Notes under the pieces: model-generated
The model's input: the letters and a program-made list of their open reading frames with translations, nothing else
Databases searched by the model: none
What the model was told of the DNA's origin: nothing
Source: Ptychomitrium polyphyllum
Lineage: Eukaryota
Assembly (NCBI GenBank): GCA_973851085.1
Contig: OZ316776.1
Coordinates: forward strand, 5,642,001 to 5,706,000
Direction: 5' to 3'
DNA length: 64,000 bases
Shown: piece by piece, positions 39,201-50,105 of the stretch
How positions within the stretch are numbered: position 1 is the first letter of the stretch
Layout: every line of letters begins with the position of its first letter
Position numbers and translations under genes: made by a program

Positions 39201-40049
39201 CCAAGCCCTTGGAATTTGCGCCTCCAGTTCAACGAGACAGAACAAGTGTGCGTACCGCGGAATCCAAGACTCCGAAAGCCCCCCTTGATCTAGATTAGCA
39301 CTAAGTCAGTCCATCCCACGGCACTTAGAGTAATCACCTGATGCCCAGTACAAAGCGTGACATGCCGTGAAGCTGTGAACTAAGTTAGTACTCCTCTTCT
39401 TCACCCCTAGTCCTTGACTGCCGTTGAAATCCTGGGCTTAACCTGCAGCACCTGGGCAAAGCTCACAATTTGCAGCTTATTGAAGCCCAGCAACATGCTG
39501 TGCACCATCCATGGCCATGTGCAGAGAATTGGCAGGTCACGGTGCCACGCAGCTTACGAGGACTAAGTGGTTAGTTAGTACTCTTCAGTCTAGAGCCATC
39601 ATCTAGCCATGTGCACAGGGCCAGCTTTCCTCTGCAGCAGCTGCCTGGTCCTTCCAAGACTCCAGTTTTGTGATGTTGTGCAGCTGTGATAGCGTGCAGA
39701 TTATTTCCTGAATGGCTTATGAAAGACCCAAGTTTGCATCTTTTGCTGAGACTACTGATGGAAATATGGGTGGGAATCCTGTCGGAATGTCGATCGGTCG
39801 TTTCTGGTCTTCTCTATTGACTGCGTGAGGTGGCGAGGGTCATGGAGTCGTTTCTGGAGCGTATTGGGATAGAAATGGTCGTCTTTCTCGTCTGCGGCGG
39901 CGTGCACGCAACCGTTTGGTCTGTCTAGGTGCTTACATTCCGGCGTGGAGGAATTTTGAAGTTTGTGGTGTTGGGATTAGTTCTGCTGTGAGGCTTTCGT
40001 GGGGGAGGGGGCCGGGGAGTTTTGAAGTAGGATTGAGGGGTGGGAAAGT

Positions 40050-41586
40050 ATGACGAGGATGGGGCTGTGGAGCTTCACTTGCGTGCTGCCGGCTGAGACG
40101 CTGGATGCCAGCCGGGAGCATGAGTGGACAGAGGAAGAGATGGAGCAGCCGGGGACTTCGTACGAGAGCAAAGCATTTTCTTACATGAACAGCAGGAAGA
40201 GCAAGACTTCCAGTGGGAGTGAGTTTGATGGTGCGAGAGGGAGAGGTCGTGGGGTGAATTGCTCCAGTGGCGGTGCTCACATGCTCGCGTGCTTCCGAGC
40301 TGGCGCCATTAATCTGGTCAGTCGTGCTGCACTGCTGGTGTTTTCTTAATCTTGAGTCCGGGTTAATATGAGAGGAATCGATTTGTCTTGAAATGATGGC
40401 GGGTTTTCTCTCTTCGTGTTGGGGTGTTGTAAGGAGCGAGTGTTGTGTTTCTGGGGGTGAGGCGAAGCATAAGTCACTCTGCAAGTGGTGACGGACTGTG
40501 GTGGTGGTGTGCTTGGCAGATTGTGCATCCAGCTCTGCAGGTCACTGTGGCGGGATCACAGAAACAAGGGGCGTCGACAGTGCAACCTGTGAACTCGCTA
40601 CCACGCCCTGCGTTTCTTGAAGGAGCTGCCGACCACGACAGTGGCGATGACCCGACGTCGCCTGTGGTCACTTGCATTGGACAGGTACTTGCATCTTTCA
40701 GCCACTTACGAACCCTGTCTTGACACCAAAGTGGATGGCACAGCTCTTGCCAAGGTAAGCAAACATAAGATAAAAACAAACTTGATCATGCTGTATGTGC
40801 CATTAGAAGACGTCAGGGGTCCCAAAGCTAGCGACATAGCTTGCAGCCTTGTAGTGAGAAGTGACTCCTGCACCTTTGCTCATCTCGTTAGGGTTCCAGG
40901 ACATATTTCTTTCAGTTCGTGACGTCCACGGCAATTCTGCATTAGACAACTCAAGGAATCCAAAACAACACAAAGGTAAAAGCAGAAACAAACTGTATTT
41001 TTAAGTGCCTTGATGTTTTCTTTGTCGTGCTTAGGTGAAGAAGGAGAAGCCTCGAACACCACCGAAAACCCCACCAAAAGCCGTGGAGGTGGGGGACCTG
41101 AGGAGCTTGAAATCGAAGCGAGAGTCTAAGGCGTTACCTCGATTCGAGTCATCGTCAGCGCCATCATCCCCAGCTCGGCCGTCAAAGTGGCGACAGATTC
41201 TTGGTGCAAGAGGAACAGTGAACCCCAGCGCACAACCACGCAACGTCGACTTAAACGAGTTTCACGTCGATCTTAACAGATTCAGCTCCGCTTGCTCGAG
41301 CATTGCCAAGACAGCTCCCGCATTGACGGACATGAAAGCTGCGCGAACTCACACAGGAACATTCCTGGCCAAGTCGCTCATGATGTTGCAGCTGGAGTGC
41401 GAGGCGCGTGATCAAGCGAGCGATGAAGCTGGCAAATCTTGTGAAATGAAAATGGAAGAGCAGGTGTTGAGATCACCACCCGCGGCTATGGCATCCAGAT
41501 GTAGCGCAACAGAGGAAGTCGCGCTCTGGAAACGACGAAGTGGAGCCAAGCCATTGACGCTAGACTTGAAGAGACGGCTAGATTAG
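40050..41586 (+). CDS. Plant-specific protein of unknown function with a (E/D)PTSPxVTCIGQV motif; exons 40050-40316, 40541-40684, 41035-41586
   Basis: All junctions are phase-0 GT-AG. It contains DDPTSPVVTCIGQ|VKK and C-terminal LWKRRSGAKPLTLDL, motifs I recognise from uncharacterised land-plant proteins. The first exon is less certain. Confidence 0.72.
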
Positions 41587-42036
41587 TAATGTGATGCTCA
41601 ACACATTTGCAACACCGCCACTTCCACCAAAAGAATTGGCAACACCATGAGGTTCGAAAAACTGTAGCCAGGTTGAGCAATCCAAGTTTTGAGAGTTAAA
41701 CAACTTGGCATACAGAATTCAACATCTGTGACAATGCTATGTAACTAGATATGCATTAGATAACAGAGACCTCCGTGCTTGCTCTAGTAACCCTGCATGA
41801 GCAGTGTCTACTATTGACCAATATTTGTGACATTTTTATGAAAAGCACAACCTTACAAAACCTCTTCGCCTGTATTTTCTCAAATTTTTTCTTTAAATTT
41901 GTCACTATGAAGGCAAGGAACAAGCCTTCAGAGTTGCTACTGGTCAAACAATATCCTGAGCCTCTTTGAAAGTATTACAATACTACTTCAATACTAAAGC
42001 TGTGTATGTAGATTCTGGAAAAATCTTTGCTAATTT

Positions 42037-43949
42037 CTATTGAGGGTTGTAGAATTCTTCTCCTGCTGAAGACCCTGCAAACAAGCCACTTTCATTTGTG
42101 GTTCCTGACAAGGTCCTTGAACACATATCATACGTACATTGAGGATTCCAATACTGGGCAGTAGAATCTGACATGGAACTAAGTGCAGGGACACTGTACT
42201 GAGATGTAAGCCCATACAAGGATGGATCTGTGTATGTGTATGTAGGTCCATAGGAGGGATTTCCTCTTCCATTGTAAGTGTTAGGTCGGTCGGGCATGTT
42301 GGGGAAGTATCTAGTGGATCCTCCTCTTGAATTGAGATCCTTAGTTGACGCCTGTGGCCTATTTAATTGTTGTGATTCCCCTAGGAATGGTTGTGAATTC
42401 CATGCCTGGGCCGTCTCCATCTGTTGTTGTGTCTGCATGGGTGCCATACTGTCAACCATGCAATACTCCTGCCGCACACCAGAGTTAAATCAGTTGAGAA
42501 AATATTACAGCTTGTTAGGCATTAGTACTATCACCCTTTTCAGAGCTTTGGATTATTAGTGGCTACATTTGCAAAACTGTGATTCAACTTACAGATCAAA
42601 TTAAAGTAAAATAAACGTTTATGTGCAGGCTAAATTTGATGTTAGTGTCAGATTAGAATATCATTTCATGCTTAAGTAATTGCTTACTTCTCCTGGCTTG
42701 TTGACGTTGCCAATGGGGTAGGATGAATTTTCTGACACATGCTCCCTGTGTGATTTGTTTAAATTCTGTGAGCTTTCTTTTAAATCAAGGATTTAATTGT
42801 TACAAGCTCCTATCACAAATACAGATGGAAAAATATACAACAAACAGATATGTCACTTGAGTAATTGGCATATTAAAGGGCTTGTTTTCTTTCAGGAAAC
42901 TGTTAAATTAATTTGATTTTTAAATGATATATTTCCTTTTGTCAAAACACAAGAATAAAAGTTTCAATTTCATGACCTCAAAGGCAACAAAATCTACCAG
43001 TTGAGAAGCATACCAAAGCTTAAAACTATAGAAGAAAAAGAAAGCAATCTTTTTTTTTTTATAAACACAAATCATGATGAAGTTAACAACATCGAAATAA
43101 CTTCTGATTTATGGAACGAACTTGGATACAAAATATACCTTAGACGATCATGAACGATCATGAACGATCTTGAACGATCTTGAACGATATTTCTTAAGAA
43201 ATTTCTCATAGAGCTCCAACTTTTCAAGAGTCCTAGCTGTGCAAAGATATTGAACGAACCCATTAAAAACCGAAATAGATGAATATTGCACTCTCCCAAC
43301 AAGATATACGTACAAAGCTTGGAAGTACCGCTTGTTGTAGAGATATACTCTGATGTGATGATATCGTAATGAAACTTACCTTCGGAATGACCATTCATGT
43401 GTCCTCCAAGGGCTTGAGGAGTGAGAAACGATTGATTACAAAATCGGCACGAATATGAGTCCTTTCTTGCTCTTTTCTGCTTTTCAACTTTAGCTTCAAC
43501 TGGAATTTCTTCAAGAAAATCAGGAATCCTAAGTGCTTCTGGGGTTCCTGCACTTCGAAATCAACCTAAGAATATAAAACGTTGGCGACATCCATCTATC
43601 TTCTAAGTATTGCGACGTGAATTTAACAACCGTGCCCCTATATTGACCAAATGCTAGAAAAACTCTAGCTCCCGATTGCCTGTAAAATGGTTTAAGATTT
43701 GAGTTCAATCTTTACTGTGCACTCCATACCACCGCCCATGAAAAACAGGTTTTAAACAATGCTTACTCAATAAGCTTTCACCAAGAGAACTTTGGTATCT
43801 TCAAACCAAGTCACAGACTGAAAACGTGCATAGGTAACTGAACGGAAGCTCGTTCACTTACCTCCTGAAAGTCCATCAGATCCATCAGCCATTCCCTTGG
43901 TTTCATCAGCATTGACCAAAATCCTCTCAAACTCCATGTTGACTCCCAT
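42037..43949 (-). CDS. Single QALGGH-type C2H2 zinc-finger protein; exons 43949-43862, 43547-43380, (43236-43139), 42745-42688, 42468-42037; exon 3 is frame-disrupted unless intron 43379-43237 is retained
   Basis: Exon 2 encodes KQKRARKDSYSCRFCNQSFLTPQALGGHMNGHSE. All proposed introns have GT..AG ends. The last exon is Q/S/Y-rich. Confidence 0.8.
43141..43190 (-). repeat. 10-bp tandem repeat (WGATCGTTCA) x5 inside zinc-finger exon 3
   Basis: Plus strand: tagacgatca tgaacgatca tgaacgatct tgaacgatct tgaacgatat. Confidence 0.92.
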
Positions 43950-45007
43950 TCATGTAACTAAGAGTTCCCCAACATCAGTTCTTTGTAACTACAATGCGGA
44001 ACTAACATGAGACATAAGGAGTTAACTATTCACTTAAACAACAAGAAATAAGGCACATCTGGGGTTTCAGAAGTGAGAGCTGTGAAGCCACTACTTCCGT
44101 TGTATGCCCTATTTTAAGGCCAAAAATGTAAAATAGTATATCATAATTAAAGATCACGATTTATCTTTTTCTTAGATTTCTAATTTTGGAACACGAATAA
44201 GTGTTCTGAGATTTGCTCAACAGAAGCGTAAGACAACTCACGCTCATGTACAATTTTCATTGGCTGAACATGACTAGAATCATCCTGAATGAATCAACTA
44301 TGACAGTCATAGACAACATAACACTGAAGTAGAACAAACGAATGAAATGAAATTCGCTTGTAATTAAAAACATAAAATATAAAATTAAGAATGAACCGAA
44401 AGTAAAATAAGATGTGGGCCCCTTTCTCAAATAAAAATGCATTTGTTACTTTCTGCTTCTTGATTATTCTCTTCTTTCATAATTTTAAGCATCTTACAAA
44501 AATCTGGATATAAACATCTCATAAGTTGTGCATTCAAAAGGTTGATAATCATGGATCATTTTGCATGAAGTTCGTAAATCATAATTAAAGTGTTGGAGAG
44601 TGGTGCAGGCAGATGGACAAGAAAGAGAGAGAGAGAGAGCTTACTGAAAAATGAATGAATCGCACAGAGGAGCTCAACTTACAGAGATGTAAGGTGGAGA
44701 CAGAGATTTTCAGTGCAATCAATCACATCAACCGATATTGTCTTGATTCCACACGCAATCGTGTGGATGAAAAAACCAAGAGTAAACCAAAGTTCAGATT
44801 ACAGACCTTGGTCGTATAAACTATGGCTGTATTGTAAGAGTTGCAGGCAACATGAGACATACTCACTCCCCTCCTAGTTTAGACTACCAGGAACACCAGA
44901 CTACAGAAACGTTCTCTCGAACTATAACAGTAGTAGCTAGAGATCGAAATCCTTCCATCACTCCATGAAAGACTAAAATTCTAAGTTAAGAAGCTTGATC
45001 TCCGAGT

Positions 45008-45079
45008 TATCAGAGCGAGGTTTCGATCCTCGGACCTGTGGGTTATGGGCCCACCACGCTTCCGCTGCGCCACTCTGAT
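45008..45079 (-). tRNA. tRNA-iMet: Initiator tRNA-Met (CAT), 72 nt
   Basis: ATCAGAGTGGCGCAGCGGAAGCGTGGTGGGCCCATAACCCACAGGTCCGAGGATCGAAACCTCGCTCTGATA has A1:U72, three G:C pairs in the anticodon stem, anticodon CAT and the A54/A60 T-loop (ATCGAAA). Confidence 0.97.
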
Positions 45080-45369
45080 GCGCCTATGCTCCTTACTAGA
45101 TTTAAAGTTGCTATAAATAAGATAGATAATCAACTGAATAAGCAAAAGGAAGCGTTTGGATTTCGCTGTATTGACCGTTCATGAGGAACATGCTGGCTTA
45201 GCTTGAAATTTCTTTCTAAAATAAACAGCATTTCTAAAACTCCACATCCCTATTTATATGTATCATGTGCCAGTATTCAAAAGCTATACTAGGGTGTCTA
45301 TTGCATTCATTCACATGATGTCATGGTGCATGATTCTCCTCCAGATTATCATTGTGCTGTGTAATATGG

Positions 45370-46670
45370 TGATGAACCTATGCCAAAGCTACTGTTGTTC
45401 CCACTTTCTATCACACCTCATGGCACCACTTTGACATCTGGAGTACGTGTCATTGTTTCTTCAACTGAGACATGCATAAAACATCTTAGGGGAATTTTTA
45501 ATGATGTTACAGACCAGAAACTACAAAGCACTATCTGTACTGCACAGCAAGTAGCACAAACAAAACACATTCTTCCAGGAAGACAATAGTATTGACATTA
45601 CACAACATTAGCCTCAATGTTGAAACCATGGTAGCCTGGATGTCAAGCATATATTATGTAGATAGAGCTTTGGGATTGCTTTTTCCTTAATGACATACCT
45701 CAGACTTCCTCCTCCAAGATTCCTGTCCAAGGATGCTCTTAAACTTCAACAGTCCATTAACTATGTTAACCAGGACAGGATAAAGCTTACACCAGCTGCC
45801 CTTCCAGTAGAGGCTGCAATTCATCCCACCTGATTTCATCACTTTACAGTAGCCTGATACTGAGGCTCTAGCTGTATCCTTAATTATCTATCATTCAATT
45901 AGTACATGTATGATAGTATTTGCAATTTTGTACTTTACAAGTTCTGTAATTTTTTCAGAAGTTGAAATATATGATATGTAAATCCATATTGATTATTTAA
46001 ACATGCAGAAGTAAGTCAATGTGTTATGGTATGCCTTTTTACATGGCTTCAGTGTTCACTCTCTTTTATCTACTCTAGTAATTTGAGCCACATAAGAAAT
46101 GTAAGAAAAAAAAAGAGTGCTTATGACCCAATAGAGGTGTTTGTTTGGTCTCAATAATAATGGAGGTGTCTCCCCAAGGAAATCCTTGTGAACTCATGTC
46201 TTAGATTTTGTTTTAGTAAGTGTTAAAATGAAAAGAATAAAAAATTGAAAAATGTTTACAGAGTACTTTTCTAAGTGTATTTCTCAACTCCTTGATATCA
46301 ATGCCCTTTATAAGTGCCTCCTGTATAGTATATTTGTAGGATGTTCAATATCCATTTGACATTGGAGACATGAGAGGATGGATGTCTACCAAGTAGACAA
46401 CACTTCCATCCAGGAGTATAATGAAGAAATTCTAGATTGACACCTAATGAAACAGTGGCTGGGATCACCACTAACTTAGTACGACTGGCAAATACTACCT
46501 GTAACCGAGTAGCTCTTTGGAGATTAGACTTAAGTTTACTGTCTAGATTTATTCTCTGACTTTCTTTGTGTGCATCATAGCATGAACGTCCACAATACAG
46601 ATCATGGTGATAATCTAATAGTAAGTGTTGGCATCTAAACCCTAAGTATGCCTCAACCTGCTCATTGCAA
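45370..46670 (-). pseudogene. Possible degraded gene remnant (exon-like blocks with splice-like ends and stops)
   Basis: Blocks bounded by AG|..|GT at ~46655-46499, ~45829-45698 and ~45520-45378, CpG-poor, with no recognisable domain. Confidence 0.25.
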
Positions 46671-49600
46671 AGCATCACATCCATGAGAAAACAAACATAA
46701 GGGCTGCTACATTGTTAAATACCACTTGTGCTTTACCTGCACAACTGACCTTATGAACCCATTGCAGCTGGACTAGAGAATTCAACTCAACTGTGAGCAT
46801 GTGAAACTTGGCACAACTAAAGAAGCCCACACAATCAGATACAATACATGTCCATGTTTTTGGGTGGCAGTAATAGATCAACCTAAAAATTGTAAACTTT
46901 GTCCTTTAAGTTTTGATGGTCAACAATGACTACGCAAGAGGTCACAGTGCATGCCCATCACCACTTATAGTCTTTGCAACTGTTGCAACCCCCTGATCAC
47001 AAATTGCTCACTTCATGAGAGAGAATACAAATTATAGAACAAGTTTCAAAGGAGCCAGAAATGTTTTGGGCTTTTCATGATCCAGTCCCCTCTTTATGGG
47101 GCAGCTTGTCCCACATATATTGCATCGATAGATATATGAACTGCAGATTTTTGAAAGTCATGCACTTCTGTTTTGCCATGTTACTTTGGGCTACAATTGA
47201 AGGCCATGATGAGAACATCAAATTTCATATGTTCTATCACAGATGTAATGCATCTACTTTGTGCTAAAATTGAAGAGCATCTTTGGAAAAGTGTTAAAAG
47301 CTAATTGATTTTTAAAAATTATTTTTATTTTTTAAACAATAAAGGAATGCCAATACAAGTAACTTTCATCAGTCATTCTAACATGTTTTTTTTCATAAAT
47401 GAATAAAGTAACATAAAAATTATAGTTGTGTGTTTTAGGAAAAAAAATTATTTTTTGCAATATGTACTTGGTTTCATAGAATTGAAATATGCTTCATAAA
47501 AAATTCCAATATCTTCCTTCTAAAATACATGTCTTTATGTTATATTACTTTGTTAATTTATGATTTTTGGATTGTCCAACTATGTTATCATTCTTATTTG
47601 ACATTAGTGCACCAATACAAGCAAAAATAAAGTTTGATGAAGACAACTTTAAAGGATTTAAGTAATCTAAGTGCAATTAAGATTTTCTCTAGACATTATT
47701 GGATGCTAAAATTATCTTAATCATTTAGGCCAATAGGACCAAATTAAGTTAATTGAAATGAAAATATCAAAAATGGCAATATTGTGTTTTGACAAAATGT
47801 GAAAATAAGAAGCAATGCTAGGCCATGGTATTTTTTATTGCAAATTAAACATGCCAACATTATATATAAATTTTTTGAAGTGAATGGTTTGAAAAAACAT
47901 ATTTACTTATTTATTACATTGAAAAGCTCTATAAACTCCAAATTTGTACAATAAACATGTAATAACTTAGAAATTTCACAGCATCCAAATAATTATGCCT
48001 TAATCATATTATAATTTTTTTTATTATATTAATTTGTGTTTGATTAGACAGTTTTGTGTTTATTTGTAAAATATTTTGATCTTTCACTTATTCAACTCTT
48101 TAAAATATACTATAAAGGCAAAATTTCTCAAATTTTATAAGAAGTGTATGTCATTGTAAGGAATCTACAATAAAATATGTAATAAAAATAATGATTTTTT
48201 ATACATTGGAGAAAATATCTTCAAGCCAGGGCTCCTCTGGTCTTAAAGGGATTGTCAAAACTTGGTCTTGGTTGAGAAACTTAACAGTGCTCTTGAAACT
48301 GTATGCAAACAAGCCTCACTATTTCCTATACCAGGTACTCAGTAGCGGTTGAATTCCAACGCCACCCAAATCTACTGAATCAGAATTTAACTCTGCAAAT
48401 GATAGATCTAAACCCCGAGTATCAGTAAAACGGCCAATCTATCATGATTCTCCGGCTTTCCAGCTTACCTTTCCCCGCCATGGAAGGGACGGACGATGGA
48501 CGATGGATGACGGACGATGGACGATGGAGAATTGACGCCCTCCATTGACTCCCCCCACAAGCAACGAAAATCGCTCTCAATGAAAACAGTGAACGAGCCA
48601 CATAAAACCGCTGAACGATCGTTCCTGCTCATCGAGTCTGCCCACCAATTGGTCAGAGTCATTGCCCCTTCTCCAGGAGCTCGCCATGCCCACTTTTTGA
48701 ACGGTATCTATGAGATACACGGTGTCAGAGATGCTATAACCTGGTAATGCTGATGCGATGCCTTTCGGATACTGATGAGGTACTAGGTTGATATTCAGGA
48801 GCACCCTTGTGTTTGTAAACCTGTCGACGCTCGTCGTGTTTGCTGCCACCCTGTTTTGCTCATATCCTGCACTTGCAACTCCCTCGCACCTCGCGCCAGC
48901 CATTGCAGCTGCCTTCTGTTCGCTCGCGTAAGCTCTGCCATGCATTTAGAGCCGACGCACGTGCGCAGGCTTACAGCGGCCTTTCTCCCCGCGCTTCGGA
49001 CCACAGGCGCGGTTTCTACACACCAGAGATCACTTCAATGATGAGCTTTCTAGGCGGTGCGAGTTTTCGTTCGAAATGTTGCGCTCGCGGAGCTGCGCTA
49101 TTACGAGATCAAATCGCAACGCAAATTGAAATGAGGTCCGGCGGTTAATCCAATTGAAAAGGCTCTTGTGCACGATTGTTGATGCTTTGGCACCACTTTG
49201 GAGTGTCGTTGGCGGAGGACGTTGTTTATTGTCGTCGGTTGAGAGAATATGAAGTTTGTGTTCGTTGATTGTTTATTTGTACTTTGTTTTTCGGGGAATG
49301 TGAATATGACACCAGCGATTGCCACGATTCCCCTTGCGTTGACATTGCGGTAGTTTGTTTCCTTATTTTATTCTATTCAATTTTAGTAGGAGGTAGCTGA
49401 TCGACTTTGGCGTCCAATATTGTCTATGGATGAGCTTGCGCTTTTCGGGAGAGCTGGCATCATTGAAAGGCATCACATGAGCGGGCTGTTTTAAGGTGAG
49501 TGTCACGTGTGTATACGTGGCGTATGCGGTCGCTTGGGACGCTTGATGGAGAAATGCACCATGTAAGTTATGACGCAGAGGTACATATTGGTTGATTGGT

Positions 49601-50105
49601 GTTCGATCGCGAGGCAATAATTGAACGTTTGTGTCGTCACTGTTTTTGTTGCTTCTGTGGCGGATTTCTGTAGCGATGTAGCGGACACGACATGTGACAT
49701 TGGAAGGTTCATGTAGTTGTAGCGTACTTAACTTATACCGGTAATTATAGCCACGAAGTTTAGCTTCCACTTTTGAGCACTGTGAGTCCTCGTTTGCGTG
49801 GATTTTGGTTGTTTACAGGGATTGCCTCGTTTAAGAACTGAGAGAAAGGTAACGGTTCTACAATTCTCTGTGCAGATTGTGAACAGCCTCAGATGAATTT
49901 GGTCGGATTTGGAGATCTATGACCTGGAGCCGGAGGATGCGTTCGGAGAGAGCGCAGAGGAGAGGTAGAAGACGACAAGCGCAACACTCATACCGGCTGT
50001 TGTGCTGGTCAGAGGCCGGAGATGATTGCAGTTGTATTAGGATTGAAAGCGCGGTGACATCACAAGGAAAATTCTGCAAACGTATTGATTTTCGTCGAGA
50101 TAGGT

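Noticed and set aside
39933..40484. 183-aa antisense ORF
   Set aside because: Shadow of the plus-strand coding exon; no motif.
43141..43190. CRISPR-like array
   Set aside because: The repeats are contiguous 10-mers without spacers, in a eukaryotic exon.
48465..49150. Dense overlapping ORFs and a GACGATG repeat; considered a TPP riboswitch or snRNA
   Set aside because: No diagnostic RNA motifs; best explained as the promoter/leader of the GATL-like gene.
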